From Pyrinomonadaceae bacterium (GTDB lineage: Bacteria; Acidobacteriota; Blastocatellia; Pyrinomonadales; Pyrinomonadaceae), in assembly GCA_036794905.1 (NCBI GenBank), contig DAIRFV010000003.1, forward strand, positions 3,866 to 67,865: a stretch of 64,000 nucleotides of DNA, written 5' to 3'. The translations under genes were made by a program, and so were the position numbers. Positions 44,501-53,686 of this stretch are shown here, one piece after another (the stretch's first letter is position 1; the number at the start of each line of letters is the position of its first letter). The notes under the pieces are model-generated. The model did no database searches, was not told the DNA's origin, and was given only the letters and a program-made list of their open reading frames with translations.

Positions 44501-45930
44501 CCGACGGCGCCGGCCGTGGCCAGCAGACCGTCGGAGACGACGGTGAGGTCTGCGCCCGTGCCGTCGGCGACGTTGAAGGTGACGCCGCCGTTGACCAGGA
44601 GGACGCCGCCCGCGCCGACCGTCAACTGGTCGGCTTCGACCGAGGCCGTGACGTTGACGGTGTGGCCGTTCCGGATGGCGATGGCGTCGGCCGAGGACGA
44701 AGGCGTCCCGGCGGCGTCCACCCAGTTGGTGCCGTCCGTCGAACTCTCCCAGGTCGAGGCCGAATTCCAGTTGCCGCTCTGCTTGCTGCGGTAACTGACG
44801 GGCGGGGGGAAGACGACGAGGTAGAGTTCGCCGCCGAGGATGCTGAGCGTGGCGCCGTGACCGGCGGCGACGCCGTCGCCGCCGACCGTGACGGACGAGG
44901 GGGCCGTCCCCGAGACGCCTCCGCCGGTGCCCCTGGAGACGAGCAGGTAATTGCCCGCGGCGAGCGGGATGCCGCCGCGGGAGACGGTGACGGTGACGGG
45001 GTTGCCGCCGGCTAAGACGAGCGTGCCCGTGCCGGCGGTGGTGAGCGGGGGGACGGTGCCGTTGTAAGAGTGGAACTGGAGCGGGCTGTTAGACGCGAGG
45101 CTCAGGTTCTTCGCACCCAGCGCGAGGGTGCCGGGAGCGGCCGCGCCGCTGGCGCTGAGCGTCTGTCCGCTGGCGAGGGCGTAGGAGGCGGGCGTGACGC
45201 CCGAAACGTCGAAGGCCGCGCCGGCCGCGACGACGATGCTGGGCGAGTTGTTAATCGTGCCCGGGCCGCTGAGCGCGAGCGTCCCGGCGCTGATGGTCGT
45301 CTCGCCGGAGTAGGTGTTCGCGCCGCTCAGCGTCAGAAAGCCGCCGCCCGAACCGGCCTTCGTGAGTTTCCTGTTCACGCCGCTGATGCTGCTGCTGATC
45401 GTGACTGCGCCCGTGCCGTCCACGTTGATGATGTTATCGGTGACGTTGCCGAGGGCGACGCCCATCGTGCCGTTTAGTGCAGCCTGAAGGGTAAGGTTGC
45501 CGGTTCCGGAGTGCCGCAGAATAACATTCGCGACGGAGTTCACCGACGCCCCGTTAAGCTGAAGAGTGCCGGCGATGGCGGAACTGTCCCCGAGGCTGCG
45601 GGCATTCGTGCCGGTAAAGTTAATGGCTCCCAGGTAGAGAGTGTTACCGGCGAAATTCATGTTAATGCCAATCGCCGGATTCGCGGCGGTCGAGGGGATG
45701 GTGGCAACGTCCGCGTTGGTAGTTGCGGACTGAGACCCGGGAAACGCCGTGTCGCCAACCCAGTTGGTGACAGTGAACCACGCCGTACCGCCGCCGGTCG
45801 CACCACCGTCCCACGTCTGGTCAGCCGCATGGGCGACGTAGACGTAGGTGCCCACAAGTGCGAGGGCGACGAGCGCGGCGGCGAAGGTTAAGAGGCGGCG
45901 GGTGGCGCGGGTGAAGACGGGGGTCTGCAT
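41548..45930 (-). CDS. Giant secreted surface protein with PATR beta-strand repeats, a Calx-beta domain and a lamin-tail (LTD) domain
   Basis: A signal/TM segment ([27 protein letters not shown]) and an autotransporter-associated repeat ([24 protein letters not shown]). Calx-beta is marked by [38 protein letters not shown], and LTD by [10 protein letters not shown]...[16 protein letters not shown]. The start is set to the ATG at 45930. Confidence 0.85.
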   Translation of the reverse strand: [1460 protein letters not shown]

Positions 45931-46223
45931 CTGAGGCTCTCCGGTGCTGCTGCAACGCCCGGCGGGCGCGCGGCCGAGTCCCGCGCCCCGCACAGGTCGA
46001 AGACGAACGGGCCGGCCGTTCGCGTTTCGAGACTACAATTTTGGTGGCAGCATGAGGGGACGCCTGCGGCGTCGGGCACATGGATTGGGGCGCAGAGTAA
46101 CACCGCGGCGGCACGCGGTCAACCCTCGAAGCCTTCAGCGGCACGGGGCGCCCGGCGCGGCGGAGAGTAAGGGTGGGGCCGCGAGGTAAAAGTTCTTCAC
46201 GTTCCGGTCACGTCGAGTTCAGC

Positions 46224-49200
46224 TCACCCGCCCGCCTTCACCTCCGACGGCGTGACGTTCCAGCCGCGCAGGCGCAGGGAGGGGGGCGACGTGACGCTGG
46301 CGGGGTAGCGGACGTTGACGGTCTTCGTCTCGCCCGGCAGCAGCGCCACGTAGTTGTCGCTGTAGAAGGCCGGGAGGATGCGCCGGCCCGAGGCGTCCAC
46401 CAGCGTCAGCTTCGCGTTGAGGGCGGGCGTCCGCGCGCGGTTCGAGAGCGTCACGGTGACGACGCGGTCGCCCGCCTCGACCTGCGGCGCGGAGGCGCTC
46501 ACGGCGAGCGGCGTCTGCGCGAGCTTATTCAGCGCGCGGTACGAGGCGGCGTCGCGGCCGCGCCAGTAGAAGTTCTCCGAGACGACGCGCCCCGCGCCGT
46601 CCGCGAGCTTCAGAGAGACGAGCGCCACGCCCTCCTGCGCGAGCGGCGCGTCGAGCGGCACGGCCGCGAGCGCCGTCGCGCGGTTCGCCTTCGCGTCCAG
46701 GCGGTCGGCGCGCGCGAACAGCTCGCGGTTGTCGAGACTCAGGACGCGCGTCGTCGCCGTCAGGTCGTTCTCGTCTTTGAGAGTCGTGTTGACCACGACC
46801 AGCTCGTTGCCCGGCAGGTTCAACTGCACGTGCAGCGGCTCGGCCGCCTTCTTCGCGCCGTAGTAGGCGGCGTGCGTGTCGTAGTCCCAACTGTAAATCT
46901 GCCACGCGTTCGAGGGCCACGCCGGGTGCGTCATCCAGAGCAGGCGCCCGCTGTTCTTCGTCCAGAGGTGGCCGAGGAAGCCCTCGTACATCGCCTTGTG
47001 CGTTTCGAGGTTCATCATCTGCGCCTTGCGCTCGAAGTCCTCGAAGCTCTCGGCCGCGCCGAACATCTCGTCCAGCGCGCGCATAAAAGTCTTCGTGTCG
47101 CCGTTCCCGGCGAAGTGCCAGTCGTGGTAGGCGAGCGCGTCGCTCAAGGGCCAGAGGTCGGGCGCGGGCACGTAGTCTTGGATCGACTCGAGCGTCGAGA
47201 GCGAGGGCGTGCCGACCTCGACGGAGAAGCCCGTGGCGAGGTCTGTGAAGTAGCCGGCCGGCGGGCGGTAGTTGTAGGGGCCGGAGCCTTGCAGGTTGAC
47301 GACGTTCGAGCTGCCCGTGAACCAGCGCGTCCCGTCGAGGTCGGCCACCACGTCGTCCAGTCCCTCGTTGAGTTGTGGGTAGGGCACGCCCTCGTTGCGG
47401 CCGAACCAGAGCACGATGGACGGGTGGTTGCGGTAGCGCGCGACCGTGTCGCGGGCGTTCTGGAGGAAGAGCTGCGGGTCTTGCGGCTCGACCTGAAAAT
47501 TCTGCGTGGACTGCCAGAAGTCGTTGAAGACCATCATGCCGTACTCGTCGGCCAGCTCGAAGAACTCGGGCTCGGTGTTGGTGCCCATCCAGTTGCGTAT
47601 GACGTTCATGTGCGCCTCGCGCTGGAGGCGGAAGTAGGGCTCAAGGCGCGCGCGCGAGACGCGCTTCAACGCGTCGTCCATCCCCCAGTTGCCGCCGCGC
47701 GCGGCGATCCTCACGCCGTTGACGCGCAAAGTCAGGTGCGGCTCGGGCAGCGTCTCTTCGATGTCTTTGACGCCCGGCGAGCGCTCGCCCGCGGCGGTGA
47801 GCGATTCGGCCCAGCCGCGCGGGCTCTGCTTGATGGCCTCGTGCCGCACGTCGATCAATCGCTCGCCGCGCAGCCTCCCGTCGGCGGTCTGGACGTTGAC
47901 GCGGCGGAGCCTTCCCCTGCTGTCGAAGAGCGAGAGGTCGTAGCTCACCTCGCGGATGCCGAAGCGGAGCCGACACGTGTCCGAAGGGCGACCGTCGTCG
48001 AGCGCCGTCAGACGAAGCTCGTGCAGCGCGGGCGCGCCGTAGCCGTTCGGCCACCAGAGTCTCGGGTTGCTGACGCGCAGGCGCGGGAACTCGGCGGGCG
48101 CGAAGCGGACTGTCGTCGCGCCGGGCGCGGCCGTCAAAGTCTGCTCGACTGTCACGTCGTCGAAGGAGGCGCGCACGGTCACGCGGCGCGGGGCGGCCGC
48201 GTCGTTGCGCAGGGGCACTTCGATGTGGATGTCGGCGGCGTCCGTGCGCGGGAGCGGCAGGTCTGTGATGACGTGCGGGTCGAGGATGCGGACGTCGCCC
48301 GTCGCCTTCAACTCGACGGGCTGCCAGAGCCCCGTGTTGCGGTCGCGGATGCCGGGTATCCAGTCCCAGCCTTCGGCCGCGACGAAGGTCGGGCCGTCAA
48401 TCGCCATCTGCCCGCCGTTCTCGCCGACGCCGCCGCGGATGGACTGCTCGTGCGGGATGCCGGGGTGCGGCGGCGGCGAGACGCGGACGGCGACGACGTT
48501 CTCGCCCTTTAATACTTCGATGTCGAACTGGCCGCGGACGAAGGCGCCGATGGTGCCGCCGACCCGCCGGCCGTTGACCCAGACTTCGGAGGCGTAGTTG
48601 ACGCCGCCAAAGACGAGCGTCAGCCGCCGGTTCGCGGCCTCGGCCGGCACGTCGAAGCTCGTGCGGTACCAGTAGTCCTGCCGCGCGAGGCTCTCGGGGA
48701 TGGCCATGTTGTTGAGGCCGTAATAAGGGTCCGGGTAGACGCCGCGGTCTACGAGCGTCGTCAGCACGGTCCCCGGCACGGTGGCCGCGTGCCAGCGCCC
48801 CGCGTCGAAGCCCGGGCGCGAAACGGTCGCGCCGTCGGCCGCCACGTCCGGCGCGGCGGCCAAACGCCAGCCGTTCAACTGCCAGCGCTCGTCGCCCACA
48901 GGCTCAAGCACCGGGCGCGTGGGCGCGGGCTTCGCGACGGGCGCCGAGAAGCCGCCCTTACTGCGTGGCAGAGTCCAGGGGTCTTGCTGGCGCCAGAGCC
49001 CCGTGTTGGCGCGGTTCTGCCACTCCCAGCCGACGCCGACCTTCCACATCTGCACCAGCTCGAAGCGCGGCCGCGCGCGCACCAGCGCCTCGACCTCGGT
49101 CGTACTGAGCGCACGGTCTTCGATGGTGGCTTCGACCAGCGAGCCGCCGAAGTGCGGGCGCCCTGCCGCGTGCGGCGCGACGGCGATGCGCGGCGCGACG

Positions 49201-49643
49201 GCGGGCAGTCGCGCGGCGCGGTTGGCGACCCGCCGCCCGTCCGCGTAGAGCGTCACCTCCCTGCCGTCGTAAGACGCCGCGACGTGCGTCCAACGTCCCG
49301 GCTCGATTGGCGTCTCGGAATCCACCTGCACCCCTGCGCCGCGGAACGCGAGGCGGCCGTTGACCAGCGCGAGGCACCGGCAGAGCCCCGACTGCGCGTC
49401 GCCGAGCCCGACGAGCACGACCGCGTCCCCGCCGCCCTGTCGCGCGTCGGGCCGCACCCACGCGTAGACGGCGAACGGCGCCCCGGCGGCGGCCAGACGC
49501 TCAGCGCCCTTCAGCTCGCGCTCGATGCCGACGCCGCCTTCGAGGAAGGTCGCGTTGTAAGGGCCGCCGTTCTCCGGGACCTGCGCCGCCGCCTGCGCCG
49601 CGAGCGCGCACGCCAGCAGAAGGGTCAGGCAAGGTTTACGCAT
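46224..49643 (-). CDS. Glycoside hydrolase family 2 (beta-mannosidase / exo-glucosaminidase-like) with an N-terminal LamG-like domain
   Basis: A signal peptide (MRKPCLTLLLACALAAQAAAQ), LamG-like WTHVAASYDGREVTLYADGRRV, GH2 sugar-binding LVFGGVNYASEVWVNGRRVG, and TIM-barrel RNHPSIVLWFGRNEG. Confidence 0.85.
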   Translation of the reverse strand: MRKPCLTLLLACALAAQAAAQVPENGGPYNATFLEGGVGIERELKGAERLAAAGAPFAVYAWVRPDARQGGGDAVVLVGLGDAQSGLCRCLALVNGRLAFRGAGVQVDSETPIEPGRWTHVAASYDGREVTLYADGRRVANRAARLPAVAPRIAVAPHAAGRPHFGGSLVEATIEDRALSTTEVEALVRARPRFELVQMWKVGVGWEWQNRANTGLWRQQDPWTLPRSKGGFSAPVAKPAPTRPVLEPVGDERWQLNGWRLAAAPDVAADGATVSRPGFDAGRWHAATVPGTVLTTLVDRGVYPDPYYGLNNMAIPESLARQDYWYRTSFDVPAEAANRRLTLVFGGVNYASEVWVNGRRVGGTIGAFVRGQFDIEVLKGENVVAVRVSPPPHPGIPHEQSIRGGVGENGGQMAIDGPTFVAAEGWDWIPGIRDRNTGLWQPVELKATGDVRILDPHVITDLPLPRTDAADIHIEVPLRNDAAAPRRVTVRASFDDVTVEQTLTAAPGATTVRFAPAEFPRLRVSNPRLWWPNGYGAPALHELRLTALDDGRPSDTCRLRFGIREVSYDLSLFDSRGRLRRVNVQTADGRLRGERLIDVRHEAIKQSPRGWAESLTAAGERSPGVKDIEETLPEPHLTLRVNGVRIAARGGNWGMDDALKRVSRARLEPYFRLQREAHMNVIRNWMGTNTEPEFFELADEYGMMVFNDFWQSTQNFQVEPQDPQLFLQNARDTVARYRNHPSIVLWFGRNEGVPYPQLNEGLDDVVADLDGTRWFTGSSNVVNLQGSGPYNYRPPAGYFTDLATGFSVEVGTPSLSTLESIQDYVPAPDLWPLSDALAYHDWHFAGNGDTKTFMRALDEMFGAAESFEDFERKAQMMNLETHKAMYEGFLGHLWTKNSGRLLWMTHPAWPSNAWQIYSWDYDTHAAYYGAKKAAEPLHVQLNLPGNELVVVNTTLKDENDLTATTRVLSLDNRELFARADRLDAKANRATALAAVPLDAPLAQEGVALVSLKLADGAGRVVSENFYWRGRDAASYRALNKLAQTPLAVSASAPQVEAGDRVVTVTLSNRARTPALNAKLTLVDASGRRILPAFYSDNYVALLPGETKTVNVRYPASVTSPPSLRLRGWNVTPSEVKAGG

Positions 49644-49672
49644 CGGCTCTCTCCCACTCGTTCGGTTGTCGC

Positions 49673-52189
49673 TTACTTCGTGAATGAAGTCTCCGCCAGT
49701 CTGACCTTCCCTCCCAGACGCGCGTCGCGCGAGGAGGCGCCGACCGTGACGTTGAAGTCTCCCGCCTCCGTGACCCAGACGCCCTTCGCGGGGTCGTAGA
49801 AGGAGAACGCGGACGGCGGGAGCCGCACCGCGAGTCGCCTCTTCTCGCCGGCCTTCAGGAAGACTTTAGTAAAGCCTTTCAACTCCTTCGCCGGGCGCGG
49901 CAGGCTCGACTCCTCGTCGCGCACGTAGACCTGCGCGACCTCGGCGCCGTCACGGCGGCCGGCGTTCCTGACCTCGAACTCGACGTTGACGAAGGTGCCC
50001 GCGCCGGTCTGGTCCCGGGTCAGCTTCAGGCCCGCGTACTCGAAGCGCGTGTAGGAGAGCCCGTGGCCGAAGGGGAAGAGCGGCGCGATGTTCTTCGTGT
50101 CGAACCAGCGGTAACCGACGAGGAGACCTTCCCTGTATTCGACCGAGCCGCCGCCGCCCGGGTAGTTGCCGTAGGCGTGCGAGTCCTCCCAGCGGCGCGG
50201 GAAACTCGCCGGCATCTTGCCCGCAGGCGACGCGTCGCCGAAGAGGATTTCCGCCAGCGCGCTCCCGCCCTCCTGCCCGAGGTAGAAAGCCTGCACGAGC
50301 GCGGGCACACGTTCGAGCCAGCCGCGCGGAAGGACCGGGCCCCCCGAGTTGAGCACGACGACGGTGTTCGGGTTCGCGCGCGCGACGGCGTCAATCAACT
50401 CGTCCTGACCTTCGGGCAGGTTCAGGTCGGGGCGGTCGAGCGCCTCGGTCTCGGTCGCCTCCGAGAGCCCCGCGAAGACGACCGCCACGTCCGCGCGCCG
50501 CGCCGCCTCGACCGCCGCGCGCAAAGTCCCCTCCTCTATCCGGCGCCACCCCAGACGTACGTCCGCGTGCCCGCGGCTCTCGTAGTGCTCGACGCGCAGG
50601 CGGCGCGGCTCGCCGGCCTTCAGCTCGACGACCGTGGCGCCCGTCATGGTCGCGTGGTCGGCCCAGAGGTCTACGACGAGCTTGTCGTCGAGGTAGAGGC
50701 GCCCGCCGTCGTTGCTGCTGAGGCTTAAAGAATACCGACCGCCGATTGTGGCGACGAGGCTCCCCGTCCAGCGCGTCGAGAAGCGGTCGTCGGGAAACCC
50801 CGGCGCGGGCGAGCCCGTCGTCCAGCGGAAGTTGAGCTGGGGGTCTACGCGTCTGATGGCGGGCTCTCCGGCCATCTCGACGTTCGCGAAGTACTCGCCT
50901 TGCAGGCCGTTCGAGCGGCCGTCGGGCGTGCGCAAATTCTCGGCCGGAATCACCGCCGTGTCTTCGAGCGCGACCACGCCGGGCGCGTGCTCGACGCGGA
51001 CGCGCTCGCCCGCCCTCTTCCTGATCCCTTCGAGCGGGCTGACCGAGTAAGGCGGGATGACCTGCGCGCTCCCGCCGCCGCCGAGCCGCGCGACCGCGGC
51101 GTTCGGGCCGATGACGGCGATTGTGCGGACGCTGCTCGCGTCGAGGGGGAGGAGGGCGCGTTCGTTCTTCAACAGCACGACCGACGCGCGCGCGGCGTCG
51201 CGCGCGAGCCGGCGGTGCGCGGGCGTGTCGAGCGCGCCGCCCTCCGGCACGGCGCGTTCCAGCAGCCCGAGCGAGGCCATCGCGCGTAAGGTTCGCCGCA
51301 CCTTGTCGTCTATCTGCGCCTGCGTGACCGCGCCGGACGCGAGCGCCTTCTTCACTTCGGCCGGGTTGAGGAAGAGGCCGGTCGGCATCTCAAGGTCGAG
51401 CCCGTTCTGTAAGGTCGGCACGGTTGACTTGACCGCGCCCCAGTCGGACATGACGAGGCCGCGGAAGCCCCAGCGCTTCTTGAGCACATCGTCGAGAAGG
51501 TACCGGTTCTCGGTCGCGTACTCGCCGTTGAGCTTGTTGTAGGCGGCCATGACCGACCACGCGCCGCCCTCCCCGACGGCGGCCCTGAAGGCCGGGAAGT
51601 AGAGTTCGTGGAGCGCGCGCTCGTCCACGCGCACGTCGATGGTGTGGCGGTCGCGCTCCTGGTTGTTGGCGGCGTAGTGCTTGACGGCGGCCATCACGCC
51701 CTCCGACTGCACGCCGCGCGTGTAGGCGACCGCGATGCGCGCGGCGAGGAAGGGGTCTTCGCCGAAGCTCTCGAAGTTGCGCCCCGCGTGCGGCGCGCGC
51801 TGGATGTTGACGCAGGGGCCGAGCAGGACGTTCTTGCCCTGCGCCTTCGCCTCGCGCGCAATCGCCGCGCCGACCTGTTCGACCAGCGGAGGGTCGAAGC
51901 TCGCGGCGAGCGCGACGCCCGCCGGGAAGGAGGTGGCCGGCCCCGTCCGCACGCCGGCCGGGCCGTCCGTCATGTGCAGCGCGGGGATGCCGAGGCGCGG
52001 CACGGCCGGCGTGTCGAACCCCGTGCCCGCGAGCAGCTGTAGCTTCTCGTCCGGCGTCATGCGCGACAGGAGGTCTTCGACGCGCGCGTCAACGTCGGGC
52101 GCCGGGGGCTTCTGCCCGCCCGCCGCCGCCGCGACGACCAGCACGAGAGTCGGGAGTAGAAGCAGCAGCGTTCGTTCGGCGAGTCTCAC
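49673..52189 (-). CDS. Glycoside hydrolase family 3 beta-glucosidase with a PA14 insert
   Basis: LGIPALHMTDGPAGVR, KHYAANNQE, GLVMSDWGA (nucleophile Asp) and a PA14-like GLQGEYFAN segment. The start is set to the GTG at 52189, preceded by AAGGGGAGA. Confidence 0.85.
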   Translation of the reverse strand: MRLAERTLLLLLPTLVLVVAAAAGGQKPPAPDVDARVEDLLSRMTPDEKLQLLAGTGFDTPAVPRLGIPALHMTDGPAGVRTGPATSFPAGVALAASFDPPLVEQVGAAIAREAKAQGKNVLLGPCVNIQRAPHAGRNFESFGEDPFLAARIAVAYTRGVQSEGVMAAVKHYAANNQERDRHTIDVRVDERALHELYFPAFRAAVGEGGAWSVMAAYNKLNGEYATENRYLLDDVLKKRWGFRGLVMSDWGAVKSTVPTLQNGLDLEMPTGLFLNPAEVKKALASGAVTQAQIDDKVRRTLRAMASLGLLERAVPEGGALDTPAHRRLARDAARASVVLLKNERALLPLDASSVRTIAVIGPNAAVARLGGGGSAQVIPPYSVSPLEGIRKRAGERVRVEHAPGVVALEDTAVIPAENLRTPDGRSNGLQGEYFANVEMAGEPAIRRVDPQLNFRWTTGSPAPGFPDDRFSTRWTGSLVATIGGRYSLSLSSNDGGRLYLDDKLVVDLWADHATMTGATVVELKAGEPRRLRVEHYESRGHADVRLGWRRIEEGTLRAAVEAARRADVAVVFAGLSEATETEALDRPDLNLPEGQDELIDAVARANPNTVVVLNSGGPVLPRGWLERVPALVQAFYLGQEGGSALAEILFGDASPAGKMPASFPRRWEDSHAYGNYPGGGGSVEYREGLLVGYRWFDTKNIAPLFPFGHGLSYTRFEYAGLKLTRDQTGAGTFVNVEFEVRNAGRRDGAEVAQVYVRDEESSLPRPAKELKGFTKVFLKAGEKRRLAVRLPPSAFSFYDPAKGVWVTEAGDFNVTVGASSRDARLGGKVRLAETSFTK

Positions 52190-52215
52190 AGTCTCCCCTT
52201 TCAAGGCGCGAGCCG

Positions 52216-53511
52216 TCACAACCAACTGAGCACGGTCACGTAACACCCGACGGCCGTCATGATGAGCCCCGCGGCGACGGTCGAGGCGAGCAGCCAGCGG
52301 CTCATGCGGTACGCGGGCGGGAGCTGCGTCCGCTCGACCCAGACCATCGCCAGGCACCAGAGCCCGCACCCGAGCACGCCCGCGACCGGCGCGACGACGC
52401 GCGCGATGACGACCGTCTTGTAGCCCGTCAGGATGAGGAGGAGCCCGCCCAGAGCGCTGTAGAGGATGACCCACGCGCGCAGGCGTTTGAAATCCCACGC
52501 GCGACGGGGCCAGACGGCCGCCGCGGTCTCGTAGGTCGTGCGCGCGTAGAGCGGGAACGCGCCGTAGATGGCGCCGAGGATGGCGAAGAAGACGCCGGCC
52601 TTGTAGACGACGATTAAACTCGGGTGGATGACGCCGAGGAACTGCGACTGCTGGCTGTAGAGGTCTGCGTCGGTCGGCACGAGGCCCCGCGGGTGGAGCA
52701 CCGCCGCGCCGAGAATCATGAAGCAGGACGTGATGAGCAGGACGCTCCCGAACGACAGCGCCGTGTCGAGCGCGGGCGCCTTCAACCAGCTCAGCCCGCG
52801 CCTAATGACCGTCGTGTCCTGACTGAGCCCCGCGGGGCCGCCGCCGGTCTGCCCCGCCGCGCCCCAACGCTTCTCGCGCAGGAAGCCGACGTAGCCGACG
52901 TAGTCCTGCACGCCGCCGCCGACCGCGCCGAGCAGCACGGCCATCTCAAGGAAGACCGTCCGCCCCCTGAAGTCCGCGTAGTCGGCGAGCACCCACGGCG
53001 GGTACTCCGGCAGGCGCGGCGTGACCAGTCCCCAAACGGCCGCCGCCCAGTCGGGCTTGACGAGCAGCACCGCGACGAAGACGAGCCCCACCTTCAGGCA
53101 GAGGATGAGCGTCGAGACGCGCTCGACGATGCCGTAGGTCTGCACGAAGCTTAAGGCCGTCAACGTCACGATGACGGCCGCGCCCCACACGGGTCTGCCC
53201 CACGCCTCCCCCGCGCCCACGCCCGTGATCCAGATGCACAAACTCCCGAGCGCGTCCGAGAGCGCCGCGATCCACATCGGGAAGGCCGCGACGGAGACGA
53301 GGCCGATCAGCTTCGCCACCCACGCGCGCGGGCCGGGGATGCGCGACCACGCGCGCAGAGGGTGCTCGCCCGTCAGCACGAGGTAGCGCGCGCCCGTGTA
53401 GACCTGCACGCCCTTGAAGAAGACGGCCGCCGCGACGACCCACAGCAGCGCGTAGCCGAACGCGGCGCCCACGCGCGGCGCGAACACGGTCTCGCCCGTC
53501 CCGACCGTCAC
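52216..53511 (-). CDS. Nramp-family divalent metal transporter-like membrane protein (start uncertain)
   Basis: The protein is polytopic. The family-like motif GPGAIIASVTVGTGE straddles and precedes the first canonical start (GTG at 53511). See the finding at 53512-53659. Confidence 0.65.
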   Translation of the reverse strand: MTVGTGETVFAPRVGAAFGYALLWVVAAAVFFKGVQVYTGARYLVLTGEHPLRAWSRIPGPRAWVAKLIGLVSVAAFPMWIAALSDALGSLCIWITGVGAGEAWGRPVWGAAVIVTLTALSFVQTYGIVERVSTLILCLKVGLVFVAVLLVKPDWAAAVWGLVTPRLPEYPPWVLADYADFRGRTVFLEMAVLLGAVGGGVQDYVGYVGFLREKRWGAAGQTGGGPAGLSQDTTVIRRGLSWLKAPALDTALSFGSVLLITSCFMILGAAVLHPRGLVPTDADLYSQQSQFLGVIHPSLIVVYKAGVFFAILGAIYGAFPLYARTTYETAAAVWPRRAWDFKRLRAWVILYSALGGLLLILTGYKTVVIARVVAPVAGVLGCGLWCLAMVWVERTQLPPAYRMSRWLLASTVAAGLIMTAVGCYVTVLSWL

Positions 53512-53686
53512 CGACGCGATGATGGCGCCGGGGCCGAAGGCGCGCAGGAGCCCCGCCCAACCGCCCGAAAGTTCCGGGCCCGGCGGCTCGTAATTGACGC
53601 TCTCTTGTCGCAGTGTTATTCGTCTTCCCTGCCCGAAGGATTTTAGACCTGATTCAGTTCAGACGGAGGTGCGCGCGACATTCTCT

